Shown here in pieces: positions 40,229-51,597 of a stretch of 64,000 bases of DNA. The notes below the pieces were generated by a model that did no database searches, was not told the origin of the DNA, and saw only the letters and a program-made list of their open reading frames with translations. The stretch spans positions 96,001-160,000 of the forward strand of contig JBEBGD010000002.1 in NCBI GenBank assembly GCA_040081625.1, written 5' to 3'. The first letter of the stretch is position 1. The number at the start of each line of letters is the position of its first letter. The DNA comes from Chthoniobacteraceae bacterium. Lineage in GTDB: Bacteria > Verrucomicrobiota > Verrucomicrobiia > Chthoniobacterales > Chthoniobacteraceae. The translations under genes and the position numbers were made by a program.

Positions 40229-41610
40229 CCCGCACCTTCCTCCTCCTGCTGGCGTGCTGCGCCGCCGCGTTCGCGCGACAGCCGAACATCCTGCTGATCG
40301 TGAGCGACGATCAGGGCTACCCGGACCTCGGCTGCATCGGCACGAAGCCGGTGAAGACGCCGCATCTCGACCGGCTCGCGGCGGAAGGGGTGCGGGCGAC
40401 GAGCTACTACGTGACGTGGCCGGCTTGCACGCCGTCGCGCGGATCGATCCTCACGGGGCGCTATCCGCAGCGCAACGGGCTCTACGACATGGTCCGCAAC
40501 GACATGGTCAACTTCGGCCATCGCTATTCGCCGGAGGAATACGCCGTCTCGCCGGAGATGACGCTCGGGCTCGATCCGCGCGAGATCACCATCGGCGACG
40601 TGCTGCGCCGCGCGGGCTACGCGACCGGCGTCGTGGGCAAGTGGGACATGGGCCAGGCGAAGCGCTACCTGCCGCTCCAGCGCGGGTTCGACTTCTTCTA
40701 CGGGCACGGGAACAACGGCATCGATTACTACACGCACGAGCGCTACGGCGTGCCGTCGATGTTCCGCGGCAACAACCGCACGGAGGAGGATCGCGGCGCT
40801 TACGCGACCGATGTTTTCAAGCGCGAGGCGCTCGCCTTCATCCGACAGAACGCCGCGAAGCCGTGGTTCCTCTACGTTCCATTCAACGCGCCGCATGGCG
40901 CCTCGTCGTTCGGTCCGAACACGAAAGGCGGAGAGAAGAAGGAAAGCGTCGGCGTGCAGGTGCCGGAGAAATACGCCGCGCTGTATCTCGCGCAGGGCAT
41001 TCCGCCGAAGCTCGCAAACTACTACGGTGCGGTGACGTGCATGGACGAGGCGATCGGTGCGATGCTCGATGAACTCAAGGCGCGCGGGCTCGAACGCGAC
41101 ACGCTCATCGTCTTCCACTCCGACAACGGCGGCAGCGGCAACGGCGGCAACGCGCCGCTGCGTGGGAGCAAAGGCACGATGTGGGAAGGCGGACTGCGCG
41201 TGCCATTCGTCGCGTGGTGGCCGGGACGGCTGCCCGCGGGGCGCGTGAGCGATGAGTTCCTCACCGGACTCGAGCTGCTGCCGACCTTCGCCGCCGCAGC
41301 GGGTGCGAAGCTGCCGGACGTGAAGCTCGATGGGTTCGATGCGCTGCCGGTGCTCGCGGGCGAGAAGCCATCGCCGCGAGAGGAGATGTTCTGGCAGCGG
41401 CGCGCTGACATCGGCGCGCGCGTCGGAAAATGGAAGTGGGTGCAGGCCGGCAAGGGCAGCGGGCTCTTCGACATCTCGAAAGACATCGGCGAGACGACCG
41501 ACCTTTCGCGCGAGCATCCCGACAATCTCGCGCTCGTGAAATCGCGCTACGAAACGTGGCGAAAGACGATGGACACATCCGAACCGCGCGGGCCATTCCG
41601 CGACTATTGA
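40225..41610 (+). CDS. Secreted sulfatase (GKWDMG variant)
   Basis: CTPSRGSILTG, SDNGG. Confidence 0.9.
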   Translation: MTRTFLLLLACCAAAFARQPNILLIVSDDQGYPDLGCIGTKPVKTPHLDRLAAEGVRATSYYVTWPACTPSRGSILTGRYPQRNGLYDMVRNDMVNFGHRYSPEEYAVSPEMTLGLDPREITIGDVLRRAGYATGVVGKWDMGQAKRYLPLQRGFDFFYGHGNNGIDYYTHERYGVPSMFRGNNRTEEDRGAYATDVFKREALAFIRQNAAKPWFLYVPFNAPHGASSFGPNTKGGEKKESVGVQVPEKYAALYLAQGIPPKLANYYGAVTCMDEAIGAMLDELKARGLERDTLIVFHSDNGGSGNGGNAPLRGSKGTMWEGGLRVPFVAWWPGRLPAGRVSDEFLTGLELLPTFAAAAGAKLPDVKLDGFDALPVLAGEKPSPREEMFWQRRADIGARVGKWKWVQAGKGSGLFDISKDIGETTDLSREHPDNLALVKSRYETWRKTMDTSEPRGPFRDY

Positions 41611-41613
41611 AAT

Positions 41614-42672
41614 ATGAAACTCCTCCTGCTCCTCCTTCTCGCTGCGGCCGCACTCGCGGCTGACGCGCCGCGCTTTGTCTCGCCCGACGCCACCGCGGGT
41701 CGCTCGCTCGCGGTCGTCGTGCCGGATCAACCGCTGCTGCACACGGCGCAGGTCTTTGACGAAACTCCTGCGGCGGCGCTCGCCGCGCTGGATCGCGTAG
41801 TCGGTGACGGTGCGCGGGTGGTGAAGCTGAACGCGTATCTGCGCGACGCCGCAGATGAGCCGGCGCTGCGAGCGGCGGTCGCGAAACACTTCGCAGCGGA
41901 CGCACTGCCCGCGCTCACGTGCATCGTCAGCGCGTTGCCTGTGGCTGGCGCGCGCGTGGGGCTCGACGCGGTCGCGACGACCACGCGCACCGGCACGGGC
42001 GTGCTGCCGGCGGGCGGCGCCGTTTACGTCTCCGGGCAGGCGACCCGGGGCCCGGACCTTCGCGATTCCACGCGCAAGACGATGGAGAGCCTCGGCGCGA
42101 CGCTCAAGGCGCTCGGCGGTGACTGGGCGCGCACGGTGCAGCTCAAGGCATTCCTCCAGCCGATGTCCGAAGCGGCGGTCGTGCGCGATGAAGTCGGCAA
42201 GTTCTTCGCGGGCACGCCGGTTCCGCCCCTCGTGCTGGTCGAGTGGGCCGGCGGAAACGGGACGATCGAGATTGAGTTGATCGCGACGGTTGGCGCAGAT
42301 GCGGGGCCGATCGATTTTTTCACGCCGCCGGGGATGAAGACGTCGCCGGTTTACTGCCGGGTCGTGCGCTTCGGCGCCGCGCCGCGCATTTACATCGCAG
42401 GCCTCAGCGCACCGGGCGACGCAGCCACACAGGTGCATGGGGTTTTCGCCCAACTCAAGACCGCGCTCGAAGCGAGCGGCAGCGACCTGCGGCATCTCGC
42501 GAAGGCGACCTACTACGTGTCCGCCGACGACGTGAGCAAGGCGCTGAACGAACTACGCCCAAACTATTACGACCCGGCGCGCCCGCCCTCGGCATCGAAG
42601 GCGATGGTGAAGTCCACCGGCGCCGGCCCCGCGACGCTGACGCTGGACATGATCGCTGTTCCCGCGCGCTGA
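41614..42672 (+). CDS. Secreted protein with three RidA/YjgF-like domains
   Basis: Signal peptide; VVKLNAYL, VYVSGQ..VQLKAFL..IEIELIA, LAKATYYV..LDMIAV. Confidence 0.7.
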   Translation: MKLLLLLLLAAAALAADAPRFVSPDATAGRSLAVVVPDQPLLHTAQVFDETPAAALAALDRVVGDGARVVKLNAYLRDAADEPALRAAVAKHFAADALPALTCIVSALPVAGARVGLDAVATTTRTGTGVLPAGGAVYVSGQATRGPDLRDSTRKTMESLGATLKALGGDWARTVQLKAFLQPMSEAAVVRDEVGKFFAGTPVPPLVLVEWAGGNGTIEIELIATVGADAGPIDFFTPPGMKTSPVYCRVVRFGAAPRIYIAGLSAPGDAATQVHGVFAQLKTALEASGSDLRHLAKATYYVSADDVSKALNELRPNYYDPARPPSASKAMVKSTGAGPATLTLDMIAVPAR

Positions 42673-42684
42673 CTTGCGCCTGCG

Positions 42685-43233
42685 TCAGGCTTGCTGCCGC
42701 TCCCGCGCGACGAGGCTATCCATCGGCAGCGCTTCGGGAGTATTCGCGCTGAGTGCGCCCGCAGATCCGGGTTCGAGACGGATCGGTTCGCTCAGCACAA
42801 GCCGCTCGGTCAGGCCGAACGGAAACCGATAGTGAGGGTCGGCACGCACCCAGAGGTGATATTGATTCGCGGTGTCCACGAGCCGGCTCTCGGCGGGAAA
42901 GAGTTCAACCGCTTCGTGCTCCGGGCCGATCAACTCGTTCTTGATCCGCTGGAAATGGCGCCAGTTCTTGCACGGCTCGCCGTCCTTCCGCCGGATGTCG
43001 AGGTGAAGGAATGGCGGCTCGCTCAGCACATCGACGATATAGAGATCGTTCTCCCACGTTTGCTGCGAGTTCATCCGCTGGACGGCTTGCTCTACGAATA
43101 GCATTCGCTGATCGAGCGTCGGCCGGCGCCCGCCAAAAAGGCCCATGAAGAATTCGTCGGGCTGACTCATGAGCGCGTGGCGCTTCATCATGTCGGCGAG
43201 CGGGTCGCGGGAGACTTGAGTGAATTGCGTCAT
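42685..43233 (-). CDS. Uncharacterised protein, paralog 1
   Basis: WRHFQRIKNELIGPEHEAVELFPAESRLVDTANQYHLW; full-length similarity to 43470-43982. Confidence 0.8.
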   Translation of the reverse strand: MTQFTQVSRDPLADMMKRHALMSQPDEFFMGLFGGRRPTLDQRMLFVEQAVQRMNSQQTWENDLYIVDVLSEPPFLHLDIRRKDGEPCKNWRHFQRIKNELIGPEHEAVELFPAESRLVDTANQYHLWVRADPHYRFPFGLTERLVLSEPIRLEPGSAGALSANTPEALPMDSLVARERQQA

Positions 43234-43305
43234 GGCTGGGAGGTTCGTGGCGTTTGCATGGGGGGATGAAATGCCCCGCATTGCACCACGCTCCTCCGGT
43301 GCGGA

Positions 43306-43334
43306 CAAAAGACATGAGTCGTCGCGGAAAGCGC
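43306..43334 (-). promoter_or_regulatory. Conserved upstream motif, copy 1
   Basis: + strand caaaagacatgagtcgtcgcggaaagcgc; 23/29 identical to 44017-44045. Confidence 0.55.
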
Positions 43335-43469
43335 CCGACGTGAACGCTGCCGACAGACACGCAATGTGGCGGAAAGCACCATTCGTTTGCCGTCAAATGA
43401 ACGCGCACCACAACCGACGCCCGGCGCCCGCAAAGCGTGCTCGCGGCGAGTTCCTCGCCCTGGTGTTTG

Positions 43470-43982
43470 TTACGCCGCGCCGACCATCATCGGCGGAAGG
43501 ATTCCGTCGAGTTGGATGCCGCCTGCGGTGAGTGGATCCTCGCAGACGAACCTTCGCTGGAAGCCAACCGGAAATCGATACGCAGCGTTCGCGCAAACCC
43601 AGAGATGATACTCGTGACTCGTGTTGATGAGCCGGCTCTCCGCCGGATAGAGTTCGATCGCCTCGCACTCGGAGCCGACGAGCTCATTCTTGATCTGCTG
43701 AAAGTGAGCCCAGTCCTTGCACGGCTGGCCATCGAGCCGGCTGATATTCAAGTGAATGAAGGGCGGCGCATGAGCGACCGAGACGTGGTAGATATCATTC
43801 TGGAAGTTTCTCCGCATCGTCGCCTTGAGCAGGCCCTGCTCAATGTAGGCTAGCTTTTCTTCGAGCGTCGGCACCCGGCCGTTAAAGCAGTCCTTGAAGA
43901 AATCACATGGCTTGGCCATGAGCGACTGGCGTTGAAGCATTCCGAAGACTTCATTGCGTGGATGTTCGATGAGGGGGGTCAC
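43470..43982 (-). CDS. Uncharacterised protein, paralog 2
   Basis: WAHFQQIKNELVGSECEAIELYPAESRLINTSHEYHLW. Confidence 0.8.
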   Translation of the reverse strand: MTPLIEHPRNEVFGMLQRQSLMAKPCDFFKDCFNGRVPTLEEKLAYIEQGLLKATMRRNFQNDIYHVSVAHAPPFIHLNISRLDGQPCKDWAHFQQIKNELVGSECEAIELYPAESRLINTSHEYHLWVCANAAYRFPVGFQRRFVCEDPLTAGGIQLDGILPPMMVGAA

Positions 43983-44016
43983 GAGCCCCGAGTGAATCGG
44001 AACGGACGCATCGCCT

Positions 44017-44045
44017 CAAAAGACATGATGTGTCGTGCAAACCGC
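44017..44045 (-). promoter_or_regulatory. Conserved upstream motif, copy 2
   Basis: + strand caaaagacatgatgtgtcgtgcaaaccgc. Confidence 0.55.
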
Positions 44046-44070
44046 TACGCGCCGCCCGTTCGGCGGTCTC

Positions 44071-44742
44071 CTACGATCCGTGCTCGTGAAACCAATGCGC
44101 CGCGCGGCTGTAAAGCTCAGCCGCATTCTTGATGCGAAGCTTTTCCTTAATCCGCGCGCGGTAGGTTTCGACAGTCGTTTCACCGAGGTGAAGGCGTTCG
44201 GAGATCTCGCGGCTGTTGTAGCCCTTGCCGATTAGTTGGAAAACCTCCAGTTCGCGGTCGGCTAGCAATTCCATTTCGGAAGCGGAGGCCTTGGCACCTT
44301 GCCGGGAAACCTTTTGAAGCATCACGGTCGTCATCGTTTCACTGAGATACACCTGGCCGCTCAAGACCTGCCGGATCGCCTTGAGCAAGGTGGAGGACGC
44401 CTCGTGCTTGGTGATGTAGCCCTTCGCGCCCGCGCGGAGCACGCGCTCGGCATAGAGCGATTCCTCATGCATCGAGAGCACCAGCACCGGCACGTCCACG
44501 CCTTGTGCCTTGAGATCCTTGATCAACTCGAGGCCGCTCGACCCGCGCAGCGAAATATCGACGATGGCAATGTCTGGCTTTGTCCTGGTGATGATCTCGA
44601 ATCCATCGCGGATGTTGTCGGTCTCGCCGCAGACCGAGCAGGAGCCGTCCTTGGAAATCATCTGGGCCAGCCACTCGCGAAACATGAGGTGGTCCTCCAC
44701 GATGACAACATTGATCGTTTGAGTGTCAGCTTGGAGAGTCAT
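44071..44742 (-). CDS. NarL/FixJ-family response regulator
   Basis: IVEDH, VDISL, LSMH, LADRELEVF..TVETYRARIKEKL LuxR HTH. Confidence 0.92.
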   Translation of the reverse strand: MTLQADTQTINVVIVEDHLMFREWLAQMISKDGSCSVCGETDNIRDGFEIITRTKPDIAIVDISLRGSSGLELIKDLKAQGVDVPVLVLSMHEESLYAERVLRAGAKGYITKHEASSTLLKAIRQVLSGQVYLSETMTTVMLQKVSRQGAKASASEMELLADRELEVFQLIGKGYNSREISERLHLGETTVETYRARIKEKLRIKNAAELYSRAAHWFHEHGS

Positions 44743-45748
44743 GGTTGAGAGGGAGCGAACAGCGGACCAAAGTCCCGCCGTCGGGCTGGGATTCAACATC
44801 AAGGTTCGCCCCAATCAAGCGCGCTCTATACTCCATGGTGCGCAGGCCGATGCCTTTCGAGTGAGGCTGGTCCGCGATGAAGCCGCAACCGTCGTCCGCG
44901 ATGATCATCGTCAACCGATGCCCGTCGCTGCTCAACGTCAGGGTGATAGTCGCTGCTTTTGCGTGCCGGAGCGCGTTGCCCAGCGCCTCCTGTGCGATGC
45001 GGAAAAGGTGCATGGAAACCTGCGGATCACTGACCGCGACACGTCCGTGCACCTCGAATCGCGTAGGCGTCTGGCGCAGGCGGTTGGTCATCGCCACGAG
45101 GTCTTCGAGCGCGGCGGGAAGCCCCTCCGCATCCATCTGCACGGGAAAGATGCCGCGTGCCAGATTGCGCGCCTCGATGACTGCGTTCTTGAGCAGGTTC
45201 TGAATAGTGGCGGCGGCGGACGCCTCAGGCAGCGCACGCGCCTCGAGGTCCGAACGCAAACAGGCTGCGGCGCAATCAATGGCGACGAGATTCTGGCAGA
45301 GCCCGTCGTGGAGGTCCTGGCCGATGCGCATCTGCTCGTGTTCGCTGACGCGGACGATCTCGCGCTCGAGGTCGCGCGCCCGCGTCATCGCTTCGATACG
45401 CGCACGCATTTCCTCGCGCTGCCGCTTCATCGCGGCACCGCCGACGGCTACGAAGACGAAATAGGCGAAGCGGTTGGCCGAAGCCCAGACATATGCCTGA
45501 GTCGTGCTGTAGGGATTCCCAGGTTGGTTGGCGAAGAACCAGACGACGCCGCAGATCGCAGCACTGATGAATCCCGCGTAACGATCTCCATACCAGACGG
45601 CGAAAAGGATCGGGACTGCGTAGAAAACGAACACGCTCACATCCCAGCCGCCGATGTAATCGAAATATCCGATCAGCAGCACGCTGACCAACGCCAGCGC
45701 GAGCACGGCTGGTTTTGAGATGCGTTGCGAGGCGTCGTCGAGCTTCAC
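44726..45748 (-). CDS. Membrane sensor histidine kinase (NarX/HisKA_3 type)
   Basis: TM helices, RIGQDLHDGLCQ, QEALGNALRHA, DDGCGF, GIGL; start uncertain (GTG 45748). Confidence 0.9.
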   Translation of the reverse strand: MKLDDASQRISKPAVLALALVSVLLIGYFDYIGGWDVSVFVFYAVPILFAVWYGDRYAGFISAAICGVVWFFANQPGNPYSTTQAYVWASANRFAYFVFVAVGGAAMKRQREEMRARIEAMTRARDLEREIVRVSEHEQMRIGQDLHDGLCQNLVAIDCAAACLRSDLEARALPEASAAATIQNLLKNAVIEARNLARGIFPVQMDAEGLPAALEDLVAMTNRLRQTPTRFEVHGRVAVSDPQVSMHLFRIAQEALGNALRHAKAATITLTLSSDGHRLTMIIADDGCGFIADQPHSKGIGLRTMEYRARLIGANLDVESQPDGGTLVRCSLPLNHDSPS

Positions 45749-45857
45749 CGCGGCAGCATACACTACTCGACAATGCGAGCGCAAAGCTGCAGGCAGTCGG
45801 CGACGTTCGTGTCCGAAAGATCCCGCGCGGCGCGATTAGCCACGCCGACATATTCCC

Positions 45858-47261
45858 ATGAAATTCCTTCTCACTTCGCCGCTCCCCCTCACCGCCTGCC
45901 TCGCGATGGTCAGCGCGCTTTGCGCTCAAGCAACCGCCGCCGAATCCAAACGCCCGAACATCGTCCTCGTCATGGCCGACGACCAGGGCTGGGGCGACAC
46001 GGGCTACAACGGGCATCCCGAACTCAAGACGCCGCAGCTCGACGCGATGGCGAAGAACGGGCTGCGGCTCGATCGCTTTTACGCCGCTCATTTCAACTGC
46101 TCGCCGACGCGCGGCAGCGTGATGACCGGGCGGCACCCGATGCGCTACGGCACATTCAGCCCCGGCTCGCCGATCCGCGCGCAGGAGCTGACGGTCGCGC
46201 GCGTGCTGCAGTCGGCTGGCTACGCGACCGGGCATTTCGGGAAGTGGCATCTCAACGGGAAGAACGGGGACAGGAACACGACGGCGATGCCCGGCCGCGC
46301 GATCCTCGCCAGCGATCCGCTGTCGCCCGGCGCGCTGGGCTTCGACGAGTGGGTGTCCGCCGACAACTTCTTCGACCTCGATCCGGCGCTCGGTCGCAAC
46401 GGCGTGCCGGAGAAATTTCACGGCGAAAGCTCCGACATCACGACCGACGAGGCGCTGAGGTTCATTCGTCGCGAGGCCGGCGCGGGGAAACCGTTCCTCG
46501 CCGTCGTGTGGTTCGGCTCGCCGCATGTGCCGCACGAGGCGCTGCCCGCGGACAAAGCCGCATACGCCGCGCTATCGGAGAAGGATCAGAACTACTACGG
46601 CGAGATCGCGGCGATCGATCGCAACGTCGGCAAGCTGCGCGCCGCGCTGCGCGAGTTGAAGGTCGGCGACGACACGATCCTTTGGTATTGCAGCGACAAC
46701 GGCGGCGCGGCGGGGCCGAAGTCCACCGGCGATCTGCGCGGCGCGAAAGGAACGCTGTGGGAGGGAGGGCTGCGCGTGCCGGGGCTCGTCGAGTGGCCGG
46801 CTCGAATCGCGAAGCCTTTCGCGAGCGCTATGCCGTGCTCGACGCTCGACATCTACCCGACCGTGCTCGCGGCCACCGGCGCGGTCGCGCGAAAACAAAT
46901 CGAGCCGCTCGACGGAATCAGCCTGCTGCCGTTGATCGACCGCAAGACCGACACGCGCACCAAGCCGCTGCCGTTCTGGAGCAATGCGCGGAGCAAGGAC
47001 GGCCACGCCGCCTGGCTCGACTGGCCATACAAATTGCACGTCAACCCGACGGCGGGCCGCGGGAAGAAGGGGAGGAAGGGCGGCGAGGCGCTGGCGGCGA
47101 CGCTGCTCTACGACATTTCCAAGGACCCGAAGGAAACCACCGACCTCGCCACGCGCGAGCCGGAGCGCGTGGCGAAGATGAGCGCCGCGCTCGCCGCGTG
47201 GAAGGCGTCGGTCGAGAAGAGCCTCGGCGGCACGGACTACGCGCAGGCGCCCGCGAAGTGA
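45858..47261 (+). CDS. Secreted sulfatase
   Basis: CSPTRGSVMTG, GKWHLN, SDNGG. Confidence 0.92.
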   Translation: MKFLLTSPLPLTACLAMVSALCAQATAAESKRPNIVLVMADDQGWGDTGYNGHPELKTPQLDAMAKNGLRLDRFYAAHFNCSPTRGSVMTGRHPMRYGTFSPGSPIRAQELTVARVLQSAGYATGHFGKWHLNGKNGDRNTTAMPGRAILASDPLSPGALGFDEWVSADNFFDLDPALGRNGVPEKFHGESSDITTDEALRFIRREAGAGKPFLAVVWFGSPHVPHEALPADKAAYAALSEKDQNYYGEIAAIDRNVGKLRAALRELKVGDDTILWYCSDNGGAAGPKSTGDLRGAKGTLWEGGLRVPGLVEWPARIAKPFASAMPCSTLDIYPTVLAATGAVARKQIEPLDGISLLPLIDRKTDTRTKPLPFWSNARSKDGHAAWLDWPYKLHVNPTAGRGKKGRKGGEALAATLLYDISKDPKETTDLATREPERVAKMSAALAAWKASVEKSLGGTDYAQAPAK

Positions 47262-48661
47262 AGGCAAGCACGCGGTTTTTCTGCGTCGCCGCTAGTTGCT
47301 GCGCGTTCGTTTTTGGCACGCCTGCCGCGGCGAAGCCGAACGTGCTGCTGCTCGTGGTGGATGATCTCGGCTGGGGCGAGACGGGGGCGCAGGGTTTTGC
47401 GAAAGACATCCCGACGCCGCACCTCGATGCGCTCGCTCGCGGCGGTGTGCGCTGCACTCATGGCTACGTCACGGCGCCGGTGTGCGCGCCGTCGCGGGCG
47501 GCGCTGTTCACGGGGCGTTACCAGACGCGCTTTGGTTACGAGTTGAATGTCATCGGAAAACAGAACCTCGACCCGCGCATCGGAGTCGCGCTGACGGAGA
47601 AGACGCTCGCCGACCGGATGCGCGCGGCGGGCTACGCGACGGCGCTCGTGGGCAAGTGGCACCTCGGAGGCACGCCGCAGTTTCACCCGCAGCGGCGCGG
47701 CTTCGATGAGTTCTTCGGCTTCCTGCACGAGGGACATTTCTTTCTGCCGCAGCCTTACGAGGGCGCGAGGAGCTTTCTGCGCCGCAAGGCGCTCGCGCCG
47801 GGCGAGCGCACGCGGGAAGGGAACATCACGTGGTCGAATCATGCGCCGGGAGACGAGCCGCCTTACGACGAGAACAACCCGCTGATGCGCGGCGCCGAGG
47901 TCGTGAGTGAGCCGGCGTATCTCACGCGGGCGTTCACGCGCGAAGCGTCGGCCTTCATCGCGCGAAACAAGGCGCGCCCGTGGATTCTCGCGGTCACTTA
48001 CAGCGCGGTGCACAGCCCGATGCAGGCGATGGAAGACGACCTCGCGCGCGTCGCGGGGATCGCCGACGAGCATCGGCGCATCTTCGCCGCGATGCTCACT
48101 TCGCTCGACGACAGCGTCGGCGCGCTCACCGGCGCGCTGCGCGAGCACGGGCTGGAGAAGGACACGCTCGTCGTCTTCGTGGGCGACAACGGCGCTCCGA
48201 CCGCCGAACTGACTTCGAGCAATGGCCCGCTGCGCGGCGGCAAAGGGCAGCTTTACGAGGGCGGTGTGCGCGTGCCGTTTTTCGCGCGATGGCCGGGGCG
48301 CATCCCGGCGGGCGGCGTGTTCACGGCGCCGGTGAGCACGCTCGATATTCTGCCGACCGCGCTCGCGGCGGCGGGGGAGAAGCCGCCCGCCGATCTCGAT
48401 GGCGTGGACCTGCTCCCGCACTGGCGCGGCGAAACGAATGTGCCACCACACGCCACGCTCTACTGGCGATACGGCGCGCAGTTCGCGCTGCGCGAAGGCC
48501 GGTGGAAACTCGTGCACGCCGGGAAGCAAACGGAGCTTTTCGACGTCGATGCCGACCCAGGAGAGACGACCGACCTCGCGGCGCGCGAGCCCGAGCGCGC
48601 CGCTGAATTGCTTGCACGCTGGCGCGCGATCGACGCGCCGATGGTCGCGCCGATCCGCTGA
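47258..48661 (+). CDS. Secreted sulfatase
   Basis: GTGA overlap; [17 protein letters not shown]. Confidence 0.92.
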   Translation: MKASTRFFCVAASCCAFVFGTPAAAKPNVLLLVVDDLGWGETGAQGFAKDIPTPHLDALARGGVRCTHGYVTAPVCAPSRAALFTGRYQTRFGYELNVIGKQNLDPRIGVALTEKTLADRMRAAGYATALVGKWHLGGTPQFHPQRRGFDEFFGFLHEGHFFLPQPYEGARSFLRRKALAPGERTREGNITWSNHAPGDEPPYDENNPLMRGAEVVSEPAYLTRAFTREASAFIARNKARPWILAVTYSAVHSPMQAMEDDLARVAGIADEHRRIFAAMLTSLDDSVGALTGALREHGLEKDTLVVFVGDNGAPTAELTSSNGPLRGGKGQLYEGGVRVPFFARWPGRIPAGGVFTAPVSTLDILPTALAAAGEKPPADLDGVDLLPHWRGETNVPPHATLYWRYGAQFALREGRWKLVHAGKQTELFDVDADPGETTDLAAREPERAAELLARWRAIDAPMVAPIR

Positions 48662-48668
48662 CGCCGGT

Positions 48669-48708
48669 AAAAAAAGAACGCCGCCCCGCGCGAGGCGGGA
48701 CGGCGTTC
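48669..48708 (-). terminator. Rho-independent terminator for glnII
   Basis: gaacgccg..cggcgttc stem next to an A7 tract (U tract on - strand). Confidence 0.75.
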
Positions 48709-48716
48709 GGTGGCTC

Positions 48717-48769
48717 TGTAGCCACGCCGCTCTGCGGCGTGCGTCGCGTCCCGGAGGGACGCGGCTACA
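48717..48769. repeat. Inverted pair of GTAG-headed REP-like hairpins
   Basis: gtagccacgccgctctgcggcgtg; reverse strand gtagccgcgtccctccgggacgcg. Confidence 0.65.
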
Positions 48770-48774
48770 TCAGG

Positions 48775-49800
48775 TTACTTCGTCGGCACGGTCGCGATCG
48801 TCTGCAGGATGCGGCTGGCGATCTTGTAGGGGTCGCCTTGCGAGTTCGGACGACGATCTTCGAGGTAGCCCTTGTAGTCGTTGTTCACGAACGAGTGCGG
48901 GACGCGCACCGATGCGCCGCGGTTGGCGATGCCGTAGTTGAACTTGTCGATCGACTGCGTCTCGTGGAGGCCGGTGAGGCGCATGTGATTGTCCGGGCCA
49001 TACACGGCGATGTGCTCGTTTTTGTATTTGTCGAACGCGGCCATGAGCTTCTCGAAGTATTTCTTCCCGCCGACTTCGCGCAGGTGCTTGGTCGAGAAGT
49101 TCGCGTGCATGCCGGAGCCGTTCCAGTCCACGTCCACGCCGAGCGGCTTGCAGTGCCAGTTCACATCGACGCCGTATTGCTCGCAGAGGCGGAGCAGGAG
49201 GTAGCGGGCCATCCAGACCTGATCAGCCGCGGTCTTCGAGCCTTTGCCGAAGATCTGGAATTCCCACTGGCCCTTGGCCACTTCGGCGTTGATGCCTTCG
49301 TGGTTGATGCCGGCGGCGAGGCAGAGTTCGAGGTGGGTGTCCACGATCTCACGCGCGATCGCGCCGACGTTCTTGTAGCCGACGCCGGTGTAGTATTCGC
49401 CCTGCGGAGGTGGGAAGCCGCCGCCGGTCGGGAAGCCGAGCGGGACGCCGTCCTGGTAGAGGAAATACTCCTGCTCGAAGCCGAACCACGCGCCTGGATC
49501 GTCGAGGATCGTCGCGCGCGAATTGCTCAGATGCGGAGTCTTGCCGTCGGGCATCATGACTTCGCACATGACGAGTGCAGCGTTGGTCTTGGTGGCGTCG
49601 GGATAGACGGCCACGGGCTTGAGCATGCAGTCCGAGCTCTTGCCCTCGGCCTGGCGGGTCGAGCTGCCGTCGAAGCCCCACATGGGGAGCTCCGCGAGTT
49701 TCGGGAAGGCTTTGAATTCCTTGACCTGCGTTTTGCCGCGGAGGTTGGCGACCGGCGTGTAGCCGTCGAGCCAGATGTATTCGAGTTTATACTTAGCCAT
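48775..49800 (-). CDS. glnII: Glutamine synthetase type II
   Basis: [57 protein letters not shown]; 341 aa. Confidence 0.95.
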   Translation of the reverse strand: MAKYKLEYIWLDGYTPVANLRGKTQVKEFKAFPKLAELPMWGFDGSSTRQAEGKSSDCMLKPVAVYPDATKTNAALVMCEVMMPDGKTPHLSNSRATILDDPGAWFGFEQEYFLYQDGVPLGFPTGGGFPPPQGEYYTGVGYKNVGAIAREIVDTHLELCLAAGINHEGINAEVAKGQWEFQIFGKGSKTAADQVWMARYLLLRLCEQYGVDVNWHCKPLGVDVDWNGSGMHANFSTKHLREVGGKKYFEKLMAAFDKYKNEHIAVYGPDNHMRLTGLHETQSIDKFNYGIANRGASVRVPHSFVNNDYKGYLEDRRPNSQGDPYKIASRILQTIATVPTK

Positions 49801-49902
49801 CGATGTGAGTCAGTGTGGGTGTTTGTGCGGTCTGCGCCGAATTAGACCGCTAGTGTGGTTGTGTTGTGGGCGTTTGCCCGATGCTGGCGCGTCGCCGCGT
49901 TT

Positions 49903-49918
49903 AGCAAATGAAATGCCA
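49903..49918 (-). promoter_or_regulatory. sigma54 (-24/-12) promoter of glnII
   Basis: TGGCATTTCATTTGCT on - strand, exact GG-N10-GC spacing. Confidence 0.7.
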
Positions 49919-50046
49919 TTCGCAAGCCTGCTTCACGGCGGGAAAATTCGCGCGCGCCTGCTCCGTCGATTCGCGGTGCATCGATTCGCCGCCGCGCGCG
50001 GGCTTCGCGCTTGCCGCGATCAAGAAGCAGCGCACCTTTGCGCGCC

Positions 50047-50416
50047 ATGCAGCAAGTGAAGGACACGCTCCGCTCGACGGTGCGAATCAGCTACGACGGA
50101 CGCGTGCAGAAAACTTTTCGCGGCCCAAAAGCCGGGGAACGCTTTGCCAACGAGGTGCGTATTTTGAAACACCTCGAAACGCGTGACTGTCCATTTGTGC
50201 CCAGACTGCTCGAGGCAGATCCCGAGTTGCTTCGCATCGTCACGAGCAACTGCGGCACGCGCGTCGAGCATCTCGACGAAGCCCGCACGCGCGAGCTTTT
50301 CGCCGAGCTGGAGGCTTACGGCGTGCGCCACGACGACCCCGACATTCGCAACGTCACCTACCGCCAGACCGACGGCCGCTTTTGCCTGATCGATTTCGAG
50401 TTTTCCACGTTGCTCG

Positions 50417-50424
<8 letters not shown>
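50047..50424 (+). CDS. Minimal protein-kinase-like protein (125 aa)
   Basis: VQK (beta3 Lys), NEV (alphaC Glu), HDDPDIRN (HxDxxxxN), IDFE. Confidence 0.75.
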
Positions 50425-51579
<1,155 letters not shown>

Positions 51580-51581
51580 TT

Positions 51582-51597
51582 AGCAGCAGTGGTGCCA
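51582..51597 (-). promoter_or_regulatory. sigma54 promoter of glnB
   Basis: TGGCACCACTGCTGCT on - strand, 14 nt before ATG. Confidence 0.65.
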
